Source of the DNA: an uncultured bacterium
Lineage (GTDB): Bacteria; Actinomycetota; Acidimicrobiia; Spongiisociales; UBA5794
DNA length: 64,000 nt
Direction: 5' to 3'
NCBI GenBank assembly: GCA_963801165.1
Contig: CAWDDT010000011.1
Coordinates: forward strand, 448,001-512,000
The notes below the pieces were generated by a model. That model was not told the DNA's origin and did no database searches. It saw only the letters and a list, made by a program, of their open reading frames with translations. Of the stretch, positions 27,835 to 37,963 are shown one piece after another. Position numbers and translations under genes: made by a program. Each line of letters starts with the position of its first letter. The stretch's first letter is position 1.

Positions 27835-27861
27835 TTGATTGAGACGAGGTGGTGCCGACGG
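27835..27861 (+). promoter_or_regulatory. sigma28-like promoter for the glycosyltransferase
   Basis: TTGA-N15-GCCGACGG, the same boxes as the fliN promoter. Confidence 0.6.
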
Positions 27862-27892
27862 AAAGAGGGCGTAGTCCCGAAGGGAGCCCTCA

Positions 27893-29917
27893 ATGCATGT
27901 CGTCATCCTGGCCTACGGCCCGCACCAGGTGACCAAGCACGCGGTGCGTCGCGCCCGCAAGCTGGCCGGCAGCGGCAGTCAGGTGATTGCCGTCGCCGCA
28001 TCACCGGTTGGGTCAGAAGCCGTCGCCTCGCTTCCCGGTGCCACCACCGTGGTCGGTTACGGAGGTTCTGCGCTCCGCACCGCGCTCACCCAACTTCCTC
28101 ATGAGCCGACGCTGCTCATCCACGACGACGTCGTCATCACCACCAGGGGTGTCGTCGCTCTGGAACGAGCTCTCGCCGACGGCGGCCGCTACGCCGTTCC
28201 CTTCACCAATGATCCAGGAATGGACAATTTCATCGGCTCTCTCCCCGCCGACAAAGAGGCGGAGCGGACTCTCGACCGGATGCGCGTTCCCGCCGAGGCC
28301 CGGACCGTCAACCATGTGCGACCCACCTGCGTCGCCGGAGCCGCCACCGACCTCATCGAGCTCCTCGAACACCCATTGGTCGATCCCTTTGCATCGATCG
28401 ATACGCCCCAACTCGAGTTCACCGTCGCCGGAAACGCGGTCGCCTCGCACGCGACACGTTGTATCCACAGGCTCGTGGCCGATACGGTGACAAGTGGACC
28501 GCTGCTGGTAGCCGCCCTGATCGTACGTGACGAGGAGGAGATGCTCCCGGAGTGCCTGTCGTCACTCGACGCGGTATGCGACCGGGTCGAGATCTGCGAC
28601 ACAGGCAGTACCGATCGCACGATCGAGATCGCACGGACGGCAGGCGCTGGCGTCATCGAGCGCCCGTGGGCCAACGACTTCGGTGCCGCTCGCAACGAAG
28701 TCCTCGGGCGATGCCGCGACGCCGGCTACGTGCTGTGGATCGACGCCGACGAGCGGCTGATCTGCCCCGACCCTGTGCAGACCCGCCGCTACCTGGCAAC
28801 CTATGCCGCCGAGCATCGGTCCTTCAATGTCGAGATCACCAACCGCGAGGCCGACGGTACCGAGCTCTACCGGTTCACCGCGGTACGCATCTTCCATGGC
28901 TCCGGAACGGAGTTCCGGGGTGCCCTTCACGAGGCCGTTCATCTAGCGGGCGATTCCCAGCCCCTCAACGGGCATGTCCTCAACCACGTCGGGATAGACC
29001 ACCTCGGATACGCCAAAGCTGTCGTCGCCGAGCGCAACAAAGCGCAAAGAAACCTCGAGATCGCCGAAGCCCAACACGAGGCGGACGGCGACGCACGGTC
29101 CGCGGTGCACCTCGCCCGATCGCTGAGCTACGCAGACGAGTCGCCGGAGAGGGCGATCGCCCTGCTCGAGGAGAGCCTCTCTGACATGCACAACCCGGCT
29201 ACGGCTGCACAGATCAAGGCTCTGATCGCCGACCGCCACCTCCAGTTGGGTGACAATCGCAAAGCCTTCGACATGGCACGCGAGGCACTCGCTCTCCTGC
29301 CCGGCGACGATACGGCGTTGGGCATGCTCGCCAAGGCGAGCGAGCGGCTGGGCAATCCGGCGGAACTCATCGCGGTCGCCGAGCAGTTCGGCAACCCCGA
29401 GACCGACCTCCACCTCGTGACCATCGAGCACAACCGGCTGGTCTTCCGCGACCAGCTGGTGAGCGCGTACGCCCGGGTCGGCCGGGCGGAGGAGGCCGTC
29501 GCCAACGCATTCGACCTTCTGGAGCACGATCCGGCAGCGCTCGGCAACTGGCCCGACTTGATCGCATGCCTCAGCACCCAATTCGGCGAAGCCGCACTCG
29601 AGTTGATCACCCCGCTCGCTCTCATGGACACCGTCGGTGGATTCCTCGAGCCCATCATCAAGACCTACGCCTCCGCCGCCGTTGCCGGCTTCTGTGTCGC
29701 CTACGCGAGCCGGGGTGGGGCGATCGCCGACGCAACCCGGGTCGGTCTGCTCGCTGCGGCTATGGCCGGCGACGACTCCTCATTCGAGACGCTGGCAGCC
29801 AAGGCAAGCGACCTCGACCCGTTCGTGCGGGTTGGTCTCGCCGACAAGATCGCCGCCACCGGCCGCCCCGACCTGGCAGAGAAGCTCCGAGCCCAACCGG
29901 TCGTGCTCAAGCTGTAG
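27893..29917 (+). CDS. GT2 glycosyltransferase with TPR-like C-terminus (probable flagellin glycosyltransferase)
   Basis: IVRDEEEMLPECL, DTGSTD, DFGAARN, WIDADE, ALHE, HLGY; follows flagellin. Confidence 0.85.
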   Translation: MHVVILAYGPHQVTKHAVRRARKLAGSGSQVIAVAASPVGSEAVASLPGATTVVGYGGSALRTALTQLPHEPTLLIHDDVVITTRGVVALERALADGGRYAVPFTNDPGMDNFIGSLPADKEAERTLDRMRVPAEARTVNHVRPTCVAGAATDLIELLEHPLVDPFASIDTPQLEFTVAGNAVASHATRCIHRLVADTVTSGPLLVAALIVRDEEEMLPECLSSLDAVCDRVEICDTGSTDRTIEIARTAGAGVIERPWANDFGAARNEVLGRCRDAGYVLWIDADERLICPDPVQTRRYLATYAAEHRSFNVEITNREADGTELYRFTAVRIFHGSGTEFRGALHEAVHLAGDSQPLNGHVLNHVGIDHLGYAKAVVAERNKAQRNLEIAEAQHEADGDARSAVHLARSLSYADESPERAIALLEESLSDMHNPATAAQIKALIADRHLQLGDNRKAFDMAREALALLPGDDTALGMLAKASERLGNPAELIAVAEQFGNPETDLHLVTIEHNRLVFRDQLVSAYARVGRAEEAVANAFDLLEHDPAALGNWPDLIACLSTQFGEAALELITPLALMDTVGGFLEPIIKTYASAAVAGFCVAYASRGGAIADATRVGLLAAAMAGDDSSFETLAAKASDLDPFVRVGLADKIAATGRPDLAEKLRAQPVVLKL

Positions 29918-30010
29918 CAGCGTCGGGAGCAGCGTATTCGCCTCCAGGGGAGATGACCTCGAGCCAGATCGGCGTACGGACCACTATACATCGAGTGTAT
30001 AGGTGCCCTC

Positions 30011-30541
30011 ATGTCCACTTCGTACGCTCTGCTCGGGATCCTGGGCCGCCGGCCCAGTTATGGCTACGACCTGAAGCGCGGCTACGACACGCTTTATGGC
30101 AGAGAGAAGCCCCTTGCCTTCGGGCAGGTTTACGCCACCCTGTCCCGACTGCTCCGGGATCAGAAAATCTCCGAACAGGGCACGAGGCAGGGCGGCGGGC
30201 CGGAACGAAAGCTGTACGCCATCACCGACGTGGGCCGCAACGACGTCGAGGCGTGGCTTGCCACCCCGGAGGACGTCCACCCGAACGCGCAGACGGTGCT
30301 GTTCATCAAGGTCGTCACCGCGATCCTCCTCGACAAGCTGCCCGACGAGTACCTGGACACCCAACGCGCCTCTCACCTGGATCGGATGCGCGAGCTCACC
30401 AAGACGCGCCGCCAGGGTGATCTCGCTCAAGCTTTGCGGGCCGACTACGCCCTCTTCCACCTCGAGGCCGATCTGAGGTGGATCGACTTGACCGTCGCCC
30501 GATTGGGGCGCCTAAAACAGGAGATACGGAATGCCGGTTAG
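30011..30541 (+). CDS. PadR family transcriptional regulator
   Basis: YGYDLK, GQVYATLSRL, RKLYAITDVG. Confidence 0.93.
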   Translation: MSTSYALLGILGRRPSYGYDLKRGYDTLYGREKPLAFGQVYATLSRLLRDQKISEQGTRQGGGPERKLYAITDVGRNDVEAWLATPEDVHPNAQTVLFIKVVTAILLDKLPDEYLDTQRASHLDRMRELTKTRRQGDLAQALRADYALFHLEADLRWIDLTVARLGRLKQEIRNAG

Positions 30542-31226
30542 GGGCAGCATCATCGAAGCCTTGAACGTGGCCAAGGCCTTCGGCGCCACGCCGGCACTGC
30601 GGGGGGCCAGCCTGGATGTGGCCCCGGGCGAGATCCTGGCAATCATGGGGCCGAGCGGCTAGGGCAAGTCGACATTGCTGCACTGCCTGGCCGGCGTATT
30701 CACTCCCGACAGCGGCGAGATCTGGTTTGACGGAAGGCGTCTCGACACTCTCGACGAGGCGGCGCGCACGGTCCTGCGGAGAACGGCTTTCGGCTTCGTC
30801 TTCCAATTCGGCCAGCTGGTTCCTGAGCTGACCGCAGCGGACAATGTGGCCTTGCCCCTTCTCTTCAACAACGCAGGCCGCAAGAAGGCGTACCAGGTTG
30901 CGGAGTCGTGGCTCTACCGGCTCGACCTCGATGGCTTTGAGGAGCACCGGACGGGCGAATTATCCGGCGGTCAGGCGCAAAGGGTCGCCTTAGCCCGAGC
31001 CCTCGCCGTACGACCGAGGGTCATCTTCGCCGACGAGCCGACCGGCTCGCTCGACTCGCTCGCAGGAGAGAAGGTCATGGATATGCTCGTAGACCTGGTG
31101 CGATCCGAGGGGACGACCGTGGTGCTCGTAACCCACGATCCCCGCGTCGCCGCCTATGCCGATCGCGAGGTCATCGTGCGAGACGGCAGGATCGTCACAC
31201 ACGAGAAGGAAGGGGTGCCTGAATGA
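30531..31226 (+). pseudogene. LolD/MacB-type ABC ATPase with an in-frame TAG in Walker A
   Basis: From ATG 30531: MPVRGSIIEALNVAKAFG...MGPSG*GKST with TAG at 30660-30662; LSGGQ, ADEPTG, VTHD intact downstream. Confidence 0.85.
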
Positions 31227-33514
31227 TGGTGCGGCTCGGCCTACGCCTGACGCTCCGGAGTGGTCGTGAGGGCCTCGTCCGGCTTGTACTCACCGCCGTC
31301 GCGGTGGCCATCGGCGTGGCCGTCCTCCTTGCCGCGCTAGCAGAATTTCACGCCTTTCAGGCGACGAGCGGTCGGCCTTGCTGGGAATGCACGGAGGCGG
31401 CGAGGGGCACCTCCGATTCCACCCTGCTGTTGTGGAACTTCAGCGAGAACATATACCAGGGCAAGTTCATCGAAGAGCTCGATCTCGCCGCTTTGGGACC
31501 GGATGCGTCGCTTCCGCCTGGCCTGTCCCGGTTGCCTCGAGCCGGGGAGTACTACGCCTCTCCGGCTCTGGCCGAGCTGCTCGACACGGTGCCGAGCGAC
31601 CAGCTGGGCGATCGCTTCCCCGGCACGCGGGTCGGCCTAATCGGTGATCAAGCGCTGTCGGGCCCGGGCGCCCTGGTGATCATGATCGGGTACACACCGG
31701 ACGTGCTGACGGCTCGGCCGAGCACCATCCGGGTAGACCACATCGCTACCGCTCCGCAGACTCAGGGGACAACCAACCTGTACCGGATCGCGTTCGGGCT
31801 CGGCGCGATCGCGATCCTATTTCCCATCCTGATCCTCATCGGGACCGCCACGAGGCTGGCGGCGGCGCGGCGTGAGGAGCGGTACGCGGCAATGCGGCTA
31901 GTGGGTGCCACGCCCCGGCAGATCAATGTCATAGCCTCGGCGGACGCGGCCGTAAGCGCATTCGCAGGCACGATCCTCGGCATTTCGCTGTTCCAGAGCC
32001 TCCGTCCCACGCTCGCCGACGTCGCTCTTTCCGGGGCCCGGTTCTTCCCGGAGACGGTCACTCCCACCTTCGAGGGATACGTCGCCATCGTCGTATTCGT
32101 GCCACTCGCCGCGGCTGCGGCCGCGATGGTGTCGCTGCGCCGGGTGCGGGTCTCACCGCTCGCAGCCAGGACACGCGTGACACCAGCCGCCCCGGGCTGG
32201 TGGCGCGTCTTGCCGCTTCCGGTGGGCATAGCAGTCTTCGCTGCCGCGCTCATGTCGTGGCCCCGATCCGGGACCTCGGGCGGGCCCAATCCCGGGCTGC
32301 TCTTCGCCGGGACGCTTCTCATCATGGGCGGCCTGATCAGCGGGGGCACCTGGCTCACCGGGCAGGCGGCCCACTTGATGGCGAGGCACGGACGTGCGGC
32401 CTCGTCATTGCTGGCGGCACGGCGGCTGGCCGACAACCCGCGCGCCGCGTTTCGATCGGTAAGCGGGCTCGTCTTCGCGGTCTTCGTCGGCTCGGGGATC
32501 GCCCTGCTGGCGCCGACGGTGCAGGCGGTACAGAGTGGCGCAGGAGGCGATGTGACCGCCGGGTTCAACACCGTATTGCGCGTCCCGGTGGGCGAGCATC
32601 TGTCCGCTCGGGGAGCCGCGGATCTGATGAGCAGTCTGGGTACATTTCCCGGCGTAGCGCTCCTGCCGCTGTACGCGCTTGAGCAAGGAGGCGGGGTGGA
32701 GACGCCGACCGGGGAGTTTGTTGGGCCGGGCCCTCGAACCGCCGTGGAATGCTCCAGACTCGAGCAGTTCCCGGCTCTGGGCACCTGCCCACCGGGCGCG
32801 ACGGCGGCCAGCGTCGATCCCGACGCAATACAGGCGTTGCTGACCGACAACCCGCTCTACTTGTACAAGGCGCTCCCCGTTGTCGACGCGACCAGCCCCC
32901 CGGTCGCAACCGACCTGACCGGCTCGACCCTGGCCATATTGCCAGTGAAGACGAACGATGCCGACATCCTGGAGCGGGTGCGCACCTTCCTGACAACGTA
33001 CGGCGCCCAGACCTCGACTCTCCCCGGGGGAGGACGGGCCCTCAGCGCGTGGCAGATGGGAACGCTCGAACCGGAGACCTTCGGTGAGATCGCCCAGACG
33101 AGGAACAACGTCGTCGACAACGTCGAGGGTGTCGTGATGGCGGTTCTCGGCATCACCCTGCTGATCGCCGGTTGCAGCCTCGCCGTGACGGTAGGCGGTG
33201 GCCTGGTGGAACGGAAGCGGCCGTTCACGCTGTTGCGGGTGAGCGGCGCCCCGATGTCGACGCTCTTCAAGGTCGTGGTTCAAGAATCGGCGCTACCACT
33301 CGCCAGCGCCGCCGCGTTTGCCGCGACCAGCGGGCTCATCGTCGCCGCCCTCTTGACCCGGGCGCTGATTCCGGCAGGAGCCCATCTGGTGCTCCCGGGC
33401 CGGACCTACTACCTCAGCATGGGGGCGGGACTAGCGGTCTCGCTCTTGGTGACCTCCGCCACCTTGCCGCTCCTAGCCCGCCTGACCGAGCCCAGCACCG
33501 CACGCTTCGAGTAA
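31223..33514 (+). CDS. FtsX-like ABC permease
   Basis: Two FtsX repeats (ARREERYAAMRLVGAT and ERKRPFTLLRVSG); many TM helices. Confidence 0.9.
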   Translation: MMVRLGLRLTLRSGREGLVRLVLTAVAVAIGVAVLLAALAEFHAFQATSGRPCWECTEAARGTSDSTLLLWNFSENIYQGKFIEELDLAALGPDASLPPGLSRLPRAGEYYASPALAELLDTVPSDQLGDRFPGTRVGLIGDQALSGPGALVIMIGYTPDVLTARPSTIRVDHIATAPQTQGTTNLYRIAFGLGAIAILFPILILIGTATRLAAARREERYAAMRLVGATPRQINVIASADAAVSAFAGTILGISLFQSLRPTLADVALSGARFFPETVTPTFEGYVAIVVFVPLAAAAAAMVSLRRVRVSPLAARTRVTPAAPGWWRVLPLPVGIAVFAAALMSWPRSGTSGGPNPGLLFAGTLLIMGGLISGGTWLTGQAAHLMARHGRAASSLLAARRLADNPRAAFRSVSGLVFAVFVGSGIALLAPTVQAVQSGAGGDVTAGFNTVLRVPVGEHLSARGAADLMSSLGTFPGVALLPLYALEQGGGVETPTGEFVGPGPRTAVECSRLEQFPALGTCPPGATAASVDPDAIQALLTDNPLYLYKALPVVDATSPPVATDLTGSTLAILPVKTNDADILERVRTFLTTYGAQTSTLPGGGRALSAWQMGTLEPETFGEIAQTRNNVVDNVEGVVMAVLGITLLIAGCSLAVTVGGGLVERKRPFTLLRVSGAPMSTLFKVVVQESALPLASAAAFAATSGLIVAALLTRALIPAGAHLVLPGRTYYLSMGAGLAVSLLVTSATLPLLARLTEPSTARFE

Positions 33515-33556
33515 GTGCACTAACCGCACGATGGAAGCGCCAACGAGCTTCGACAA

Positions 33557-33602
33557 CTCTGGCGTCACAAAACGGAATATGTTCCGGTTTGTAACGCCAG
33601 AG
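33557..33602. repeat. 46-bp imperfect inverted repeat (REP-like element or bidirectional terminator)
   Basis: CTCTGGCGTCACAAAACGGAA-TATG-TTCCGGTTTGTAACGCCAGAG between convergent genes. Confidence 0.7.
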
Positions 33603-33617
33603 GGAAGGGGGTGTGCC

Positions 33618-35027
33618 CTACGCCATGGCCGCTGCGGGCTCCGGCTCGTCGTCGTCGACTGCCACGGGTTGTTTCACGCCGAAGCGTCGCAGGAACACGG
33701 TCCCGATGATGCCGGCGAGACCCGATCCAATGAAGATGCCCACCTTCGCCGAGTCGGTCAGTGCTGCCTCTGTGAAGGCCAACTCGGTGACGAACATCGA
33801 GACCGTGAAGCCGATACCGGCGAGCATGGCCAGGCCGATGATCTGCGACCACCCGGTATTACTCGGCAAGCGACCGATCCCCGTTCGAACCGCGATCCAC
33901 GTGGCCGAGCTGATGCCAACCAACTTCCCGACCAGCAGGCCGAGTGCCACACCAAGGGTGACCGGGCTGGTGACGGCGGCACCGACGCCGTTCTCGAAGT
34001 CGGCAAACCGGACACCGGCGTTTGCCAGAGCGAAGATGGGAACCACGAAGAAGCCGGACCAGGGAGCGAGAAACTGCTCGATACGATCGAGCGGTGAGAC
34101 CGACTCGGCGGCGACCGCCGCCATCTGCATGGCGTCGTAGTCGAGACGCTCGCGGTGGTTCGCCGCCGCCCGGTTCGTCTCGAAACGGCCCAGGATCCAG
34201 CTCGTCTTGCGGTGGTACTCGTCCTCGGAGTAGAGCGGGTAGACGGGGGTCATCAGCCCGAGGGCCACTCCTGCGAGCGTGGCGTGCACACCCGACTGGA
34301 GGATGAAGAACCAGATGACGATGCCGACCGGCCAGTAGAAGAACAAGGAACGGATGCCGGCACGCTGCGCCAGATAGACGAACAGGAGACCGGCCAGACC
34401 CAACCCGAGCCACAGCAGCGACATACCCTGGCTATAGAAGACTGCGATGACGATGATCGCCCCGATGTCGTCTGCGATGGCCAGGGTCAGAAGGAACAGC
34501 TTGGCCCCTGTAGACACCCGCTTACCCAGCAGCGAGATGACACCAACGGAGAAAGCGATGTCGGTGGCCATTGGGATGGCCCAGCCGCCGCTGGCCTCAC
34601 CACCCTTGCCGGCGACGAACACCGTGTAGATGAGGGCGGGAACAATCATCCCGCCGAGCGCGGCGATGGCGGGAAGCGCTGCTTTCTTCTTGTCGTTCAG
34701 CTCCCCGACCACAAGCTCACGTTTGATCTCCAGACCCACGACGAAGAAGAAGATCGCCATCAACGCGTCGTTGACAAACTCCTGAAGAGTCATGTTGAGA
34801 TCGAAGCTTCCGGCGGTGATATGCAGATGCGTCTCCCAAAACTCTCTGTAGGTTGCGCCAAAGGGGGCATTCGCCCAGATGAGGGCGACGACGGCAGCGA
34901 CGAGCAGCACCGAACCTGATGCTGCCTCGAGTTTTGTGAAGCGGATGATCGGCCGCACGAACCCCTTGGGTATTTTGCGGTCCGAGTGGATCCAAGTGTG
35001 ATGTACTCGTTCGGTTTCAGGCGCCAT
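33618..35027 (-). CDS. nhaA: Na+/H+ antiporter NhaA
   Basis: NDALMAIFFFVVGLEIKRE, GWAIPMATDIAF, LAIADDIGA, GIGFTVS. Confidence 0.96.
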   Translation of the reverse strand: MAPETERVHHTWIHSDRKIPKGFVRPIIRFTKLEAASGSVLLVAAVVALIWANAPFGATYREFWETHLHITAGSFDLNMTLQEFVNDALMAIFFFVVGLEIKRELVVGELNDKKKAALPAIAALGGMIVPALIYTVFVAGKGGEASGGWAIPMATDIAFSVGVISLLGKRVSTGAKLFLLTLAIADDIGAIIVIAVFYSQGMSLLWLGLGLAGLLFVYLAQRAGIRSLFFYWPVGIVIWFFILQSGVHATLAGVALGLMTPVYPLYSEDEYHRKTSWILGRFETNRAAANHRERLDYDAMQMAAVAAESVSPLDRIEQFLAPWSGFFVVPIFALANAGVRFADFENGVGAAVTSPVTLGVALGLLVGKLVGISSATWIAVRTGIGRLPSNTGWSQIIGLAMLAGIGFTVSMFVTELAFTEAALTDSAKVGIFIGSGLAGIIGTVFLRRFGVKQPVAVDDDEPEPAAAMA

Positions 35028-35232
35028 GCCTCTACTCCTGTCATTTCAGCTCGGGCACAGCCCATCTGCTCTGTCCTGTCATCGTCGGCAGAACATGGCA
35101 CAACTAAACCTCGCCCGTTTCGAGACGGACGACCGGCTGACTCGTCTCGCACGATATCAGCCCGGCGAGGGGACGGCGACAAACCCGGCACCGGGCTCGC
35201 TACCATCATCGCCCACCCCGAAAAGATCACGG

Positions 35233-36159
35233 TTGCTGCTTCCCTCCATCTACGTCGTCATCGGTCTCATCCTGCTTATCGGCGCGTCGGATCGGTTCGT
35301 CGAGTCTGCGGTGCGCCTGGCCCGAGCGTTGGGCGTCTCGGTCGTCCTGATCGGAGCGCTCGTCGTTGGGCTCGGCACCTCACTGCCGGAGCTGCTGGTA
35401 TCGACCATCGCCTCCGTCGACGGGAAGATCGACGTTGCCATGGCCAACGTAACCGGTTCCAATGCGGCCAATGTGTCCCTCGTGCTTGGCGCTGCTGCGA
35501 TCCTGGTGCCAATCAGGAGCCGGACCCGGATCCTGCAGCGCGAGGGTCTGCTCATGCTGACATCTGTGGTCGTTCTCGGTGCCGTCCTGTGGGACTTCAA
35601 GGTTTCTCGAATCGAAGGGGCAGCGCTGGTCGCGGGCATGGTGGTGGCCCTGGTCCTCCTCGTTCGGTGGTCGGCAACCGACATAGACGGGATCGTCGAA
35701 ATGAGCGAGGACGACGTGGCCTATTCCGTGACCGGTGAGGTCCTCATCGGCGGCGCCGCACTGATCATCACAGTCTTTGCAGCCCGCCTGCTGCTCAGCG
35801 GTGCCCTCGATCTCGGTGAGCATTTCGGGCTCAACCAGGCGTTCCTCGGTGTGCTGCTCGGTGTCGGCACCAGTTTGCCGGAGCTGGCTACGGGCCTGGC
35901 GGCGGCGCGGCGCCATGAGTCCGACCTCGTTCTCGGCAACGTGCTCGGTTCGAATCTCTTCAATTCGCTGGCCGTGGCAGGTACCGCCGGTCTCGTTGGG
36001 CCCGGCGCGTTGCTTTATCTCACCCGGCCGTCGATCGCATTGATGGTCGCGGTAATAGCAATCGCCGGCTGGTTCGCATGGAACGACAAGAAGGTGACCC
36101 GTCTCGAGGGCTTTGTTCTGCTCGTAGTCTTCGTCGCGTTCACCGCTCTCAACTACTGA
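35233..36159 (+). CDS. Ca2+/Na+ exchanger family protein (YrbG-like); start approximate
   Basis: Two GTSLPEL alpha-repeats, GSN motifs. Confidence 0.9.
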   Translation: MLLPSIYVVIGLILLIGASDRFVESAVRLARALGVSVVLIGALVVGLGTSLPELLVSTIASVDGKIDVAMANVTGSNAANVSLVLGAAAILVPIRSRTRILQREGLLMLTSVVVLGAVLWDFKVSRIEGAALVAGMVVALVLLVRWSATDIDGIVEMSEDDVAYSVTGEVLIGGAALIITVFAARLLLSGALDLGEHFGLNQAFLGVLLGVGTSLPELATGLAAARRHESDLVLGNVLGSNLFNSLAVAGTAGLVGPGALLYLTRPSIALMVAVIAIAGWFAWNDKKVTRLEGFVLLVVFVAFTALNY

Positions 36160-37901
36160 TGCCGACTAATACCGAAATCGCAAGAGTCCTCGAGGAGCTC
36201 GTCACGTTGATGACGATGGCCGAGGGGAGCAAGCAGGCCTTCCGCGTGCGCGCCTACGAGAAGGCCGTTGCCGCGGTGCAGGCCATGACGCAGCCCGCCC
36301 AGGACATGACCGAGACACAGTTGGTGGCGGTTGCCGGCATCGGCAAGAGCACGGCCTCCAAGATCCGCGAGTATGTGGACACCGGAGGGATCGCCAGGGT
36401 GGTCGCCCTGCGCAAGCAGTACCCGCCGGAGCTGATGGAGTTGACGAGGATCCCGGGGCTCGGTCCGAAGACCGTGGTGTTGCTGCGTGATCGCCTCGGC
36501 ATCGACTCGGTAGCGGCGCTGGAACAGGCGATCGCAGACGACGCGCTCGAGGGCGTTCCTGGTCTGGGACGGAAGTCGCAGGAGAAGATCGCCACTGCCA
36601 TTCAGCGCCTGGGGCTGCACGGCAAAGACAGAAGGACACCGATCGCGGTGGCGCTCCCCCTCGCCGAGGAGCTCGTGGCGAGACTCGAGGAGCTGCCTGA
36701 AGTGTCCCGGGCCCAGTACTGCGGCTCGCTCCGGCGCTTCAGGGAGACGGTAGCCGACGTCGACATCGTCGCTGCCAGCAACGACGGCCCCGCGGTGATG
36801 AGCCACTTCATCGAGTTCCCCGTCGTCGCCGAGGTGATCGGGCATGGCGATACCAAGACCTCGGTCCTTACCCCCCAGGGTCTGCAGATAGATCTCCGGG
36901 TCGTCAAGCCCGGTCAGTTCGGTGCCGCCATCTTGTACTTCACCGGATCGAAACAGCACAACATCGAGCTACGACAGGTCGCCATCGACCGTGGGTTGCT
37001 ACTCAACGAGTACGGGCTCGAGGAGACGGATACGGGGAAGGTGGTTGCGTCTCGTACGGAGGCGTCGGTGTACAAGGCCCTCGGTCTCCGCTACATCCCA
37101 CCCGAAATGCGTGAGGGGATCGGTGAGGTCAGGCTCGACAAGCTCCCGGACCTGATCGAGGTAGACGACATTCGCGGCGATCTCCACGTCCACTCAACCT
37201 GGTCGGGTGACGGGCGGAGCGACCTCGACGACATGGTCGCCGCCGCAGCAACGCGGGGGCTCGACTACATCGCCATGACCGAGCACGGGGAGGAGCTGCG
37301 GATCAACGGGCTGACCCGCGACCGGATCGCCGCCGAAAAGGTGGAGATCGAGCGGCTCCGCGAGAAGTATCCCGGGCTGACCATCCTCCGCGGCTCGGAG
37401 CTCAACATCGCCCCCGACGGCGGCGTCGACTACGACCCCGACTTCCTCGCCGGGTTCGACTGGTGCGTCGCCTCGGTGCACACCCATTTCGACCTCAGCG
37501 AAGCCGAACAGACCAATCGGGTCGTCACCGCGATGCAGAACCCGGCCGTCAGCGCCATCGGTCACCTGACCGGACGCAGGATCGGGCACCGGCCCGGAAT
37601 CGAGCTGAACGCACGGGCCGTGTTCGAAGCCGCGGCAGCCACCGGAACTGCGCTGGAGATCAACGGTCACCTGCACCGGCTGGACGTCCCCTCGGAGTTG
37701 CTTCTCCAGGCGAGGGACACCGCGGGCCTCCGGTTCGTCATCTCGACCGACAGCCACCACACCTCTGAGTTCGAGAACATCCGCTGGGGAGTGTCCAACG
37801 CGAGAAGGGGGTGGGTCACCAAGGACAAGGTCGTCAACGCTCTCCCCCGCGGTGAGTTCCTCGCCTTCGTCGCAGCAAAACGTCACCAGAGTGGCGTTTG
37901 A
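36159..37901 (+). CDS. polX: DNA polymerase X with PHP domain
   Basis: HhH GIGK and GLGPKT, GSLRR..ADVDI, IDLR, FTGSK, DLHVHS, STDSH. Confidence 0.95.
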   Translation: MPTNTEIARVLEELVTLMTMAEGSKQAFRVRAYEKAVAAVQAMTQPAQDMTETQLVAVAGIGKSTASKIREYVDTGGIARVVALRKQYPPELMELTRIPGLGPKTVVLLRDRLGIDSVAALEQAIADDALEGVPGLGRKSQEKIATAIQRLGLHGKDRRTPIAVALPLAEELVARLEELPEVSRAQYCGSLRRFRETVADVDIVAASNDGPAVMSHFIEFPVVAEVIGHGDTKTSVLTPQGLQIDLRVVKPGQFGAAILYFTGSKQHNIELRQVAIDRGLLLNEYGLEETDTGKVVASRTEASVYKALGLRYIPPEMREGIGEVRLDKLPDLIEVDDIRGDLHVHSTWSGDGRSDLDDMVAAAATRGLDYIAMTEHGEELRINGLTRDRIAAEKVEIERLREKYPGLTILRGSELNIAPDGGVDYDPDFLAGFDWCVASVHTHFDLSEAEQTNRVVTAMQNPAVSAIGHLTGRRIGHRPGIELNARAVFEAAAATGTALEINGHLHRLDVPSELLLQARDTAGLRFVISTDSHHTSEFENIRWGVSNARRGWVTKDKVVNALPRGEFLAFVAAKRHQSGV

Positions 37902-37963
37902 GTTAATACATTGGTAATCGGCTGTTCACGCCCCGGACAGATGGCGACTCTTATGGTGCAAGC

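Noticed and set aside
30660-30662. Pyrrolysine or stop-codon reassignment
   Set aside because: TAG ends many normal genes here (e.g. bpa, the glycosyltransferase); the site is normally Ser; no pyl genes are visible.
24571-37901. Macrodomain plus PolX as an anti-phage defence island
   Set aside because: They are over 10 kb apart amid housekeeping genes, with no DarT, sirtuin, nuclease or mobility genes.
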